64,000 nucleotides of DNA from Candidatus Moraniibacteriota bacterium (lineage in GTDB: Bacteria; Patescibacteriota; Minisyncoccia; Moranbacterales; UBA1568): NCBI GenBank assembly GCA_052035095.1, contig JBPOHW010000003.1:1807-65806 (forward strand). Reading direction: 5' to 3'. Made by a program: the position numbers and the translations under genes. This document shows positions 10,167 through 19,476 of this stretch, piece after piece; within the stretch, counting starts at the first letter, position 1; every line of letters begins with the position of its first letter. A model generated the notes under the pieces. That model was not told where the DNA came from, made no database searches, and saw only the letters and a list, made by a program, of their open reading frames with translations.

Positions 10167-11144
10167 TTATTTTTCCGAAATCCTTTTCATGTCCGCATCA
10201 ACCATCATGGAAACCAATTCATCGAATTTAACTCTCGGTTTCCATCCAAGTATTTTTTTTGCTTTATTGTTCGCTCCATGTAGCGAAAACAACTCAGCCG
10301 GCCTCTTAAATCGCGGATCCAATTTCACGTATCGCTTCCAATCGCGAATACCAACATGCTTAAAAGCAAGCTCGAGGAAATCTCGAATCGAGTGGGTTTC
10401 TCCGGTTGACACTATATAGTTATCCGGCTTACTTTGCTGGAGCATGAGCCACATAGCCTCAACATAATCACCTGCAAATCCCCAATCGCGCTTACTCTCA
10501 AGATTCCCCAATCGTATTTCTTTTGCCAATCCCAACTTTATTCTTGCCACCCCATCGGTTATTTTCCGCGTCACAAACTCCATTCCCCGAATGGGAGATT
10601 CGTGATTGAATAATATACCGTTTGTGCAATACATACCATAACTCTCTTTGAAGTTAACCGTCATCCAATAGGCATACAATTTGGAAATAGCATAGGGGCT
10701 TCTCGGATGAAATGGCGTTTCCTCCGTTTGTAAACCATCGCTATGGCTATTGCCAAACATCTCGCTAGTTGACGCTTGGTAAAATTTCGTGGTCGGCGAA
10801 AAATATTTGATGGCATTTAACAAATGAAGGACGCCCAAGGCGTTAATTTCGGTGGTAATTTTTGATTGATCCCATGATACTCCAACGAAAGATTGTGCTG
10901 CCAAATTGTAGACCTCATCCGGATGAAACGTTTTAATAAGATTCATGATCGACGCTTCATCCGTCATATCTCCGGATATAAAAGCAATCTTTTCCGTTAC
11001 ACCCAGATAATCGGTATTGCAAAAATTCGGGTTAGCATAACGCCGTATGAGCCCGAAAACCTCATAATCCTTCTCCAAAAGCAACTTGGCGAGATATGGA
11101 CCATCCTGACCCAAAATACCAGTTATAAGCGCTGTTTTTTTCAT
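10167..11144 (-). CDS. gmd: GDP-mannose 4,6-dehydratase
   Basis: MKKTALITGILGQDGPYLAKLLLEKDYEVFGLIRR..., short-chain dehydrogenase fold with the Gmd-typical N-terminus and NHESPIRG motif; ORF extends to 11183 but MKKTALITG is the likely start. Confidence 0.85.
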   Translation of the reverse strand: MKKTALITGILGQDGPYLAKLLLEKDYEVFGLIRRYANPNFCNTDYLGVTEKIAFISGDMTDEASIMNLIKTFHPDEVYNLAAQSFVGVSWDQSKITTEINALGVLHLLNAIKYFSPTTKFYQASTSEMFGNSHSDGLQTEETPFHPRSPYAISKLYAYWMTVNFKESYGMYCTNGILFNHESPIRGMEFVTRKITDGVARIKLGLAKEIRLGNLESKRDWGFAGDYVEAMWLMLQQSKPDNYIVSTGETHSIRDFLELAFKHVGIRDWKRYVKLDPRFKRPAELFSLHGANNKAKKILGWKPRVKFDELVSMMVDADMKRISEK

Positions 11145-11186
11145 ATTCCTGAAAAAATTATAAATTCTTTTTTTGCAATCCACTTC

Positions 11187-12326
11187 TTATAGACCACTTT
11201 CTATATATACCCGGAAAACACACTCTTCGAGAGCAAACACCGTATGGGGAATATTCGCGGCGACCCATGCCGACTGACCATCATTCAGGTGAAACGTTTC
11301 CTTTTCCGATATCAACATGAGCGAACCCTTACTAATATATATATGCTTCATTGGCAGTTTTTTGATTCGAGCGACATCAGGGCAGTACTGATACTTACTG
11401 CTGTGACCTTTGGCAAGAATGTACTCCTTTCCTTCAGTCGATTTCGGAGCAGCGCTTCGTCCGACACGGAAATATTTTGGATACAAACCCCGTTTTATCA
11501 AAGAAGAATTGCTCAATCTATTATCATCGTCCCAGTTTGCAAACAGCTCTTCTTTAAGTCCACCCACAACGAAAGGGAGCAATTCCGAATCACAGTCAAA
11601 AAGTGACTTCTCCAAATTAAACGGGGTTGCGGGAGAATAGATAACAAATCGAATGCCTAAACTTGAAACTATTTTATTTAGAAAAAACCAAAAAGCTCTG
11701 TTTCTCGGATACATGAAAAAACAATTTTCCATAAACACTTGCAAAAGAAACGGCACTTTTACGAGAATTTTCCTTTCAATCTCCAAAAGTTTCTGAAAAT
11801 ACCGTTTCGTGCAAATGCCTGCCAATGAATACGGATAGAAGTGATTACTATTTTTCTTCAAAAAACTGGAATTTTTCCCGTCAAACTGAAAAAAGAAGAA
11901 GTGTTTCGAATAATCAGGGTACAGTCCCTCGGCGCTCCCAACGCTTAAACCGACATTGAAAAAAGAATACGTAAAACAATCGATTTTCGAATCCATCATA
12001 TCTTGAATGACGTCCCTGAAATGATCGAGAGATTTCAAAAGAAAATGATCCTCAAGAAAAACATAAACATACTCATATTTTGAATTCTCAAACATCTTTC
12101 TTGTGCTTTTCGCCCAATCATTCTCATTAAGACCAGAGAAAAAAATGCAGTTTCTTTCAACATTGTCAAAAGTCTCTTGAATATATTTCAGGACATCTCC
12201 GCGGTATTTTCCCCGAATATTGATGAGCCAGTTATCGGAAATGCCATACACCCGAGAGAAGGTTTCTTTGAACAACTCGAGCTTCGATTTCGAATGTATG
12301 AAAACATTACAGAGGGCGGTTATCAT
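11187..12326 (-). CDS. Hypothetical protein with C-terminal cupin-like domain (possible sugar isomerase/epimerase)
   Basis: C-terminal ...FHLNDGQSAWVAANIPHTVFALEECVFRVYIESGL resembles a cupin beta-barrel; N-terminal 250 aa unrecognised; sits between gmd and the C-methyltransferase. Confidence 0.35.
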   Translation of the reverse strand: MITALCNVFIHSKSKLELFKETFSRVYGISDNWLINIRGKYRGDVLKYIQETFDNVERNCIFFSGLNENDWAKSTRKMFENSKYEYVYVFLEDHFLLKSLDHFRDVIQDMMDSKIDCFTYSFFNVGLSVGSAEGLYPDYSKHFFFFQFDGKNSSFLKKNSNHFYPYSLAGICTKRYFQKLLEIERKILVKVPFLLQVFMENCFFMYPRNRAFWFFLNKIVSSLGIRFVIYSPATPFNLEKSLFDCDSELLPFVVGGLKEELFANWDDDNRLSNSSLIKRGLYPKYFRVGRSAAPKSTEGKEYILAKGHSSKYQYCPDVARIKKLPMKHIYISKGSLMLISEKETFHLNDGQSAWVAANIPHTVFALEECVFRVYIESGL

Positions 12327-12346
12327 ACGGGAAACTATTTAATTAG

Positions 12347-13495
12347 CTATTCGAAAACAACTATCTTCGAATTGATTTTCTTGAGCTGTTTAAATATCTC
12401 ATCTCGGTAAATGCCAACCTTGAGGACAACGCCGACCACACCCTTCCCCTCCAACACTTCCGGACTTTGAACCATAAAGGGCGTCCCGTAGAGGCGCTTC
12501 CCTTGTTTGAGCGAAGAATTGTCCAACAGGGAAACTATTTTTTGTTTATTCAAACCAAATTCGAAAAGATACTGGGCAAAAATGTGAGCGCCAAAAACAT
12601 ATACCTCGCCATCAAAACCGGCAATTTTCTCATTCAAATCCTTCACCATATTCTGATGGTACCGAATAAAATCATCGAATATTTTTTTGTACTCATGATA
12701 TTGATTCTCAAAGATCGCAGCTCCCGATTGTTTAGCTTTCTCCGCGACATAGAAAATACTGTGATCCTTGTAAAAATACTTATCCTTTATGACAAACCCA
12801 TACTTAACAAAGAGATAATCAACAAAATAGTCCGTCAAGAACATCGTGTGCTCGAAATTTATGGCGTTCGTATACTTTCTCTCGAGCCACAGTTTCAAGT
12901 TTGGATAGGCGCACACAATCTTTCCTCCGACAGGAAGAAATTTCGCTATCGAAGAAACAAACGCGTTCGGATCATAGGCGTGTTCCATCACCTGCGAGAA
13001 AACTACCGTATCTATATTTCCCTCATACTCGAAATTTTCGTCAAAAAAAGCGCGGGCAATCTTAATCCGATCACTTCCCAAGTGAAGTGGATTTGGTTCA
13101 ACAAGTGTCCACGATGTCCCTTCAGTACTGCCAATAAAAATATCAGCGAGTTTCCCGGCGCCACCCCCAATTTCAAGAATATCTTTCGATGGTTGCCTTT
13201 GTACATACTCGGCAAAATCATGATAGTACTCTTCCCATGTTGGACCCGTGCCATCTACATGCTGTTCTTGATAAAGAATATCGAGTGGAATAAGTTTTTC
13301 GAGCTGAATGACGCCGGATTCCGGACATATTGCCCAGCTCATATCGGCTTTGACATCTTTTTCAGAGCTATGTTCCACGCACCCGAAAAACACCGGAAAG
13401 TCTTTAAAAGTGTGGAGATGCTTGAGATTTTCTTTTCCGGTGATAACACTTTTTTTTCTAAAAACATATTCCATACGCTTTTTTGGCTTGATCAT
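12347..13495 (-). CDS. NDP-hexose C-methyltransferase-like enzyme (zinc-ribbon + SAM methyltransferase + C-methyltransferase C-terminal domain architecture)
   Basis: ILEIGGGAGKLADIF SAM motif, TylCIII/TcaB9-like domain order with an N-terminal putative zinc-binding region and a long C-terminal domain. Confidence 0.6.
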   Translation of the reverse strand: MIKPKKRMEYVFRKKSVITGKENLKHLHTFKDFPVFFGCVEHSSEKDVKADMSWAICPESGVIQLEKLIPLDILYQEQHVDGTGPTWEEYYHDFAEYVQRQPSKDILEIGGGAGKLADIFIGSTEGTSWTLVEPNPLHLGSDRIKIARAFFDENFEYEGNIDTVVFSQVMEHAYDPNAFVSSIAKFLPVGGKIVCAYPNLKLWLERKYTNAINFEHTMFLTDYFVDYLFVKYGFVIKDKYFYKDHSIFYVAEKAKQSGAAIFENQYHEYKKIFDDFIRYHQNMVKDLNEKIAGFDGEVYVFGAHIFAQYLFEFGLNKQKIVSLLDNSSLKQGKRLYGTPFMVQSPEVLEGKGVVGVVLKVGIYRDEIFKQLKKINSKIVVFE

Positions 13496-14484
13496 CGTTT
13501 TATAAAACTCTTCACAAAAGCTTCAATAATTCCTTCGAACATTGAAATTAAGCGAATTTTTACAATATCTTTCGAATGCACATTATTTTTTCTGATATGC
13601 CTCTGTCCAAAAACGACGAGTCGACTCCCTGCTTGACGATCAAAATGACTCAAATATTCGTCACTTGAAACAATTTTCACATCAGTTTTTCCACATGAAC
13701 GCAAACGCCTTACAAATTCCCGAGTCGTCCATCCTCCATATGGCGCTGAATGAGACTCGAAATTGGTAATAAAGTATCCATACTTTGACGGAACTATCAC
13801 CGAATTAAAATAAGCATCAAGCAAAGAACCTCTCATTTCCGAAAATGCCCCGTTTGAAATCACAAGACCACCACTCCCCTGTCTAGGCGCCAAGGAGTTA
13901 ACACTTTCAAAGCGAGCCGAGTACCCAAAATGCAATAAAAAGCGTTTGATTATTCCATGAGAAGAGGGGAGGTCGTAAATATGCCATTTCTTGCCAAGAT
14001 CTGAATTAAAAAGAGTTACCGCTATATCATTGAAAATTTTACACTCACCACCGTACCCCGCGCCAATATCATGTATTTCTGTCTCACCGTTCAATATATT
14101 CTTTCCAAAAAGAGATAAGCAGTTGAAAGCATTGTTTGCATATCGAATAGTGGTCGGGGAAAGACTGTACCCTGCTTCATAAGGAGAATGGGCGTTAAAG
14201 TCAATCATATGTAAAGGCAACCCTACGGTATCGGAAGCTTGAATCAAAGGTAACGCCTTAAGAAAATCGGCTTCTTTTAATAAGCGTTTCAAATTCCATA
14301 ACCCGCACGATCGCGGAGATCCCTCGATAACTCGTCGAAACGGCTTCGAAGAACGAAAGATGCGATAAAACTCATCATTATTTGCTGCATCAGCACATGC
14401 CCGAACCCAATCGGATTCTTTTGCAGATACAGCATCATTCATATCAATTCGACAAATACTCGACCTCAAGTTATTCGTTTCCAT
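13492..14484 (-). CDS. Hypothetical protein, possible SAM-dependent (sugar O-) methyltransferase
   Basis: EIHDIGAGYGGECKIFNDI resembles SAM-binding motif I; otherwise unrecognised; start overlaps the upstream gene by 4 nt. Confidence 0.35.
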   Translation of the reverse strand: METNNLRSSICRIDMNDAVSAKESDWVRACADAANNDEFYRIFRSSKPFRRVIEGSPRSCGLWNLKRLLKEADFLKALPLIQASDTVGLPLHMIDFNAHSPYEAGYSLSPTTIRYANNAFNCLSLFGKNILNGETEIHDIGAGYGGECKIFNDIAVTLFNSDLGKKWHIYDLPSSHGIIKRFLLHFGYSARFESVNSLAPRQGSGGLVISNGAFSEMRGSLLDAYFNSVIVPSKYGYFITNFESHSAPYGGWTTREFVRRLRSCGKTDVKIVSSDEYLSHFDRQAGSRLVVFGQRHIRKNNVHSKDIVKIRLISMFEGIIEAFVKSFIKR

Positions 14485-14530
14485 ACGGTTAAAACAAAGT
14501 GGAACAGAAAATGCAAATATGCGATTTATC

Positions 14531-15061
14531 TCATTTTTTCTTCCATGCTCCCGAGCCTTCTTTCAAGACAAGTGAGTAGATATCGAACGGTTCGTTGAAA
14601 AACTTTTCCAGTATATGCAAACACGCCTCAGCAACCGCCCCATCCCCACCTCGCAGGTTCGTGATAAAATCCGCCTTCTCTTTCGTTGCATAAAAAGCAT
14701 TGGCTGGAGCAATACTATAAGCAACGTGCTTAAAAACAAGTGGATCGAATATGCCGTCACCCATATAAATCGTTTCCGCCGGATCGAACCGATCGCGAAT
14801 CCACTCTATCCGCTCAAAAGTACTCACGAGGTCCAGTGGAAGCTTCATATCGTCGGCTATTCGTCGCTTCGTAATGGCAAAGCCGTTTTTATCACCGGTA
14901 ACCGCATGAATCATGAGTTTTCCCCGAAGAAGAGAAAGGGCGTCGTTATCTTCCGGACCGAACTTCTTCATGACTTTTCCATCGACGGTATAATAAAACG
15001 TACCGTCCGTGAAAACACCATCGACATCAAGAATGAAATTTTTTATTGTTTTCTTTTTCAT
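14531..15061 (-). CDS. HAD-IIIA phosphatase, KdsC-like (sugar-phosphate phosphatase)
   Basis: ILDVDGVFTDG...MGDGIFDPL...GGDGAVAEACLHIL matches the 3-deoxy-manno-octulosonate-8-phosphatase family. Confidence 0.7.
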   Translation of the reverse strand: MKKKTIKNFILDVDGVFTDGTFYYTVDGKVMKKFGPEDNDALSLLRGKLMIHAVTGDKNGFAITKRRIADDMKLPLDLVSTFERIEWIRDRFDPAETIYMGDGIFDPLVFKHVAYSIAPANAFYATKEKADFITNLRGGDGAVAEACLHILEKFFNEPFDIYSLVLKEGSGAWKKK

Positions 15062-15071
15062 ATCAACTGTT

Positions 15072-16646
15072 TTATTTTTCATTGAGCGCACGCCACAAGT
15101 TCAGCTTCCCGAAATAAAAGAGAAACAGATCGAACGGATGATGATGAAGTGGAGACATATTGAGCCAAATGATAGCCGTCAGAAGTTTCACCTTCCTTAC
15201 ATCATAGCCATTTTTCTCCAAAAATCCAAAGAGCACTTTTTGACATTGAACCAAATTTTCCTTGCGTAAAATATCACAAACAATCCTCTCCTTCCCAACA
15301 TCAATGACAAATAGATCATTGTTTACGATCTCATGATTCACTGTCAAATTGTGATTTAACTTCGAAAGATCGTAATACAAATCCCCCGATTTTAGAAGTC
15401 CGCCGAAATTTTGTCGCCAGTCCAAAAGCACATATCCAGATTTATTTTTCAAAAGATTATCAAGAATGAAATCGCCATGAAACCCGCTCTGCTTCGTATC
15501 ACATAGCCAATCAAAGTCAATCACTTCAAGCATTTTTTTAAAAGAAGGTATTTTTTCATCATTAATAACATTCTCCGCATCCTTCACTTTGCGCGAATTG
15601 AGAAACTTTTCAACTCGCTCCACTGTTTTTGTACGATAAAAATCAAAACAAATTTTCTTGAATTCCCGATCCGAAATTTCCCGATTCGGCTTCCAGAGAT
15701 TTTTCTGTGACCAATTCAGAAATCTCCCAAAGTCTATCGGGGTGGCGACTTTTGAATACAGTTTTCCGGTCGCATATTTATAACGATAAAAATTTTTGGT
15801 CGACCCTTGTATTTCCGGCACAAGACCGCGCAAAATTTTGGCCCTCGATACTCGTTGCGCCACCATCTTTTCATCATTGAAAAATTTAACCACAAAACTG
15901 TCAAAAATAAATATTGATTCATCTGATTTATCAAGAATTCGAAATGAGTCCTCAATTTCTTCCCGAGCCCTGTTTAAACTTTCGACATTACCAATATCGT
16001 ACCACTTTTCAAATTCAACCACTCCAAACTCGCTTCCGTCTCCTATCATTTTGCTGATTACCTCGACATCATTAAGTCCGCCATTATTCGGATCTTGTTC
16101 ATACAACTCCCTCAAGTTTTTCCAAAAGAGTTTATATTCTTGCACTCCTATCAAACCGATATGCAAAAAATCCGGATCCATCATTCCTTTGTCATACATT
16201 TGTTGCACTTTTCCGTCGACGACATCAAATGAAGCGTAGTGAGAAGATCCCTCACCCTGAAATCCTCCTATCCAATTTGACTTCGGCAAAGGAATTTTTC
16301 TCCCAGCAACAATCGTGTCACAAGCATGATAAATAAATGGGCATTGTAATTGGGAAGATGCTTGCAACATGGAATATCCAAGACTTGTTCCCGGGCCCTC
16401 ATATTTGTCCACTTCGACAAATTTGAAATTTCTTTCCGGATAAACCAGTTTCAAAAAATCACACACTTGATCACCAAAATAACCCACAGTTATAACAAAC
16501 TCCGTATTCTTCGGATACTGCTCAATGATATAAGAAATAGCCGGCTTCTTTCCGACTTTCACAAGAGACTTGTTCGTATACTTGGTTATTTCTCCCAATC
16601 GTGATCCTGTTCCGGACGTGGTAAGAAGGACCTTACAGGCAGCCAT
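15072..16646 (-). CDS. Bifunctional sugar-phosphate nucleotidyltransferase (N-terminal) / APH-ChoK-family kinase (C-terminal)
   Basis: N-terminus VLLTTSGTGSRLGEITKYTNKSLVKVG is a nucleotidyltransferase G-loop; C-terminus HGDFILDNLL...LLDWRQNFGG is the Brenner kinase motif; LicC/LicA-like order. Confidence 0.6.
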   Translation of the reverse strand: MAACKVLLTTSGTGSRLGEITKYTNKSLVKVGKKPAISYIIEQYPKNTEFVITVGYFGDQVCDFLKLVYPERNFKFVEVDKYEGPGTSLGYSMLQASSQLQCPFIYHACDTIVAGRKIPLPKSNWIGGFQGEGSSHYASFDVVDGKVQQMYDKGMMDPDFLHIGLIGVQEYKLFWKNLRELYEQDPNNGGLNDVEVISKMIGDGSEFGVVEFEKWYDIGNVESLNRAREEIEDSFRILDKSDESIFIFDSFVVKFFNDEKMVAQRVSRAKILRGLVPEIQGSTKNFYRYKYATGKLYSKVATPIDFGRFLNWSQKNLWKPNREISDREFKKICFDFYRTKTVERVEKFLNSRKVKDAENVINDEKIPSFKKMLEVIDFDWLCDTKQSGFHGDFILDNLLKNKSGYVLLDWRQNFGGLLKSGDLYYDLSKLNHNLTVNHEIVNNDLFVIDVGKERIVCDILRKENLVQCQKVLFGFLEKNGYDVRKVKLLTAIIWLNMSPLHHHPFDLFLFYFGKLNLWRALNEK

Positions 16647-16649
16647 AAT

Positions 16650-17366
16650 TTAGACAGCTCTCATTTTTTGAATAACCGAAACTGACCGATCAATGTTTCC
16701 TCGAAACTCTCTGATTTTTTCATCAAGCGGTTTTTCTTTTTTGTAGATAACCGACGTGCCGCATACCAACACAGTTGCCCCGGCAGCTATCATGAGCGGA
16801 CCGCTTTCCGGAGTCACCCCGCCGTCAATTTCGATTTCGATATCACTCTTTCCCAATGCATCCAGCTTCTTTCGGAGATCCATAATCTTCTGCACGGAAA
16901 AAGGAACTAGCTTGTGTCCGACAATTCCCGGATTGATAGCCATGAGCATTACAACGTCGATGTCATCCAATATGTAGTCAAGCACAGAGAGTGGAGTCGC
17001 CAGGTTAAGCGCCACCCCTGGTTTTACTCCCTCGTTTTTTATAAGAGAAACCGCGCGATGGAGATGATTGGTAGCCTCCGCATGTACAACAACATACGTT
17101 GCCCCAGCCTTTGCAAACTCCGTGACATACTTCTCTGGAGAACGCGTCATCATGTGCACATCAATAGGAAGACTTGTCACTGATCGAATATCCCGGAGCA
17201 GTTCAGGGTAAAGACCGTATCGAGGAACAAAGTCCCCATCCATGACATCAAAATGAATCGAATCAATACCACCCTTTTCAAGAAGACGAATTTCCTCCGC
17301 AAAAGTCATAGCATTCCCACAGATGAATGACGCTGATAACTTGTAGCTTCTTGTCATGGCTTCCAT
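16650..17366 (-). CDS. rpe: Ribulose-phosphate 3-epimerase family
   Basis: KLSASFICGN...IHFDVMDGDFVP...MAINPGIVG...IDGGV motifs. Confidence 0.8.
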   Translation of the reverse strand: MEAMTRSYKLSASFICGNAMTFAEEIRLLEKGGIDSIHFDVMDGDFVPRYGLYPELLRDIRSVTSLPIDVHMMTRSPEKYVTEFAKAGATYVVVHAEATNHLHRAVSLIKNEGVKPGVALNLATPLSVLDYILDDIDVVMLMAINPGIVGHKLVPFSVQKIMDLRKKLDALGKSDIEIEIDGGVTPESGPLMIAAGATVLVCGTSVIYKKEKPLDEKIREFRGNIDRSVSVIQKMRAV

Positions 17367-17372
17367 AGTTTT

Positions 17373-17900
17373 TTATTCAAGGTTGGAGTGTCGAGCCCAC
17401 ATTGTCTCATGAGTTTCCTCGAGAAGATCCATGAGCACCAATACAAGCGCGTCATAAAAAATAAAAAGACACTGTTCGTTCAGCGTCGTCATTGGTTGAA
17501 CGGAAGAAAATCCTTCCACTGGCTTGGTCTTTGAGGGAGCCTTGATTTCAACTATCGTATCAGCAAGTTTTCCCATCCTCGATTCCGGATTTCCGGTCAC
17601 AAGCGCGACTCTTGCCCCATTTTTCTTGGCAATTTCAACAAGATCATAAATGGTTTGGGTCTCACCGGATCCGGAACTCACCAAGAAGAGATCTCCAGAA
17701 CCGATAGACGGAACCACCGAATCGCCAAGCGTAAACGCATCCCGCCCAAGATGTTTCAATCGCATGCCAAATGATCGCGTCGCCATCCCTACTCTCCCCG
17801 CTCCGCACACCACAATCTTTTTCGCTCGTATAATGTCCGCAATGAGACCAATTACTTGTTCCTCCTGCAGTGACTCAAGCACTACTTTCATTTCACTCAT
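17373..17900 (-). CDS. hxlB: 6-phospho-3-hexuloisomerase (SIS domain)
   Basis: VVCGAGRVGMATRSFGMRL...LVSSGSGETQ...VQPMTTLNEQCLFIFYDALVLVLM...HSNLE closely parallels HxlB/PHI rather than GmhA. Confidence 0.65.
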   Translation of the reverse strand: MSEMKVVLESLQEEQVIGLIADIIRAKKIVVCGAGRVGMATRSFGMRLKHLGRDAFTLGDSVVPSIGSGDLFLVSSGSGETQTIYDLVEIAKKNGARVALVTGNPESRMGKLADTIVEIKAPSKTKPVEGFSSVQPMTTLNEQCLFIFYDALVLVLMDLLEETHETMWARHSNLE

Positions 17901-17982
17901 TATCACCTGTATTCTTCTCTTTATCATAGTAATTACGGCATTACAACAAGAAAAATTCATCCAGAAAACATCCTCTACTAGA

Positions 17983-19329
17983 TTATACTAACACTTTTCT
18001 TTCACTGTCAAAAATAGACATCCTTGCAAGAAGCCATCGTTCGACAAATATCGAGACAGCCGTATTGGCAATAAACATATACACAATAGCAAGAATACTC
18101 ACATTTCCGAAAAAAATAAGCAGTCCATATCCGGCTATGTGTGTAAAATTAATGATATTGGAGATGAGAACATATTTTTTGTAGAGTTTCTTTGAAAGCG
18201 CCATAATCGTCGACCAATAAACCGTGAGAATAATCTGAGCCGTCGCCAACAATCCAAAACTCGCAATGTATCTCATATCGTATCCGTATCGACTGCCAAA
18301 GAGTAACATCACTATATATATGATAGAACTCAATACAAAAAAGACGGGAACAGCTCCAAAAAGAAACAATCGGTCGAGCTTCCGAACGAAATCTTTGTCA
18401 GAAACCTTTGATATAAAGGGAAAATAGACATTCACAAAGATCTGTGTCGCTTGCGCGACAAGATTGGTCGAAGCGGTGAAATACGCCATATAAACTCCCA
18501 GTTCCTGTATGCTCAAATATTTTACAATAATAAATTTATCAAGAGAGCTAAACACTATCCCAAGAGCGGAGCTAAGAATAATAATCCAAGCGTATGAAAG
18601 TCCTTTTTTCAAAATATTGAAACGAAACTTTGAAAAATATCGTCGGAAAAACCACACCCCACAGAGAATAAAACCGATATACCCTCCGCAAAGAACAAAA
18701 AAATAAGACACGTAAGAAACTTTTTTCAAAAAAAAGAAGGCTACAAAAAACAAACAAATGATCAAAAAAACCTCCGCCATTCTCGAAAAAAATTGCTCTC
18801 GGAAAAAAGAGAGGCCTCGAAAAAATACGTCCGAAACCGATCGCGCTATCACGATAACGGAATACGTGGCAGCTACCAAAAAGAATATCAAATCAACATG
18901 GGAACGATTACTGATAAATGGAGCAATCATCAAAAAAAATACAATGACGGCAGTAGTTGAAAAACCAACGAAAACAGCTATCGTTGTCATACTTTCCGAT
19001 CGAGCTTCTCCTGTCTCATCTTTTGAGAGAAGTTGAAGCCCCGCAGTATCCATGCCAAAAAGCGCAAGGAGTATAAGTATTTGACTTACCGCAAGCACCA
19101 ATCCGTAAAGACCATACTGTTCTGGCCCCATAAAGCGCCCTCCAACCACATTTACAAAAAGCATAACGAGAGACGCTATAATACCTCCAAAAAACGACCA
19201 TGATAAATAGCCGAGAAACTTTCGCATCTCTCCACTCATCGGGTGTCCAAAAAACCGGAGATGGACAACCTCGATCATTCGAAAGAATTTCTTCTCCGCC
19301 ACCCCGAAAGACATAAGGCGATCAATCAA
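17983..19329 (-). CDS. Wzx-like polysaccharide/oligosaccharide flippase (MOP superfamily)
   Basis: 448 aa, about 12-14 TM helices, architecture of polysaccharide biosynthesis (Wzx) proteins; next to glycosyltransferases. Confidence 0.6.
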   Translation of the reverse strand: MIDRLMSFGVAEKKFFRMIEVVHLRFFGHPMSGEMRKFLGYLSWSFFGGIIASLVMLFVNVVGGRFMGPEQYGLYGLVLAVSQILILLALFGMDTAGLQLLSKDETGEARSESMTTIAVFVGFSTTAVIVFFLMIAPFISNRSHVDLIFFLVAATYSVIVIARSVSDVFFRGLSFFREQFFSRMAEVFLIICLFFVAFFFLKKVSYVSYFFVLCGGYIGFILCGVWFFRRYFSKFRFNILKKGLSYAWIIILSSALGIVFSSLDKFIIVKYLSIQELGVYMAYFTASTNLVAQATQIFVNVYFPFISKVSDKDFVRKLDRLFLFGAVPVFFVLSSIIYIVMLLFGSRYGYDMRYIASFGLLATAQIILTVYWSTIMALSKKLYKKYVLISNIINFTHIAGYGLLIFFGNVSILAIVYMFIANTAVSIFVERWLLARMSIFDSERKVLV

Positions 19330-19476
19330 AAATTTTTTTCAACTTTCCAGTGAAACCACAAAATAGGCTTTCGTAATAATTCGAGCCCCAAGCTTACCAT
19401 GAGTAAGATAAAATTGTCAGCAGTGGTGCTTTTGAGGAAAAGTGCCTTTTTGAAGCATTTGTAGTATACTCTCTCT

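Noticed and set aside
12467-13636. 389-aa + strand ORF
   Set aside because: Antisense to the C-methyltransferase and methyltransferase-like genes. AT-rich reverse-strand frame with no motifs.
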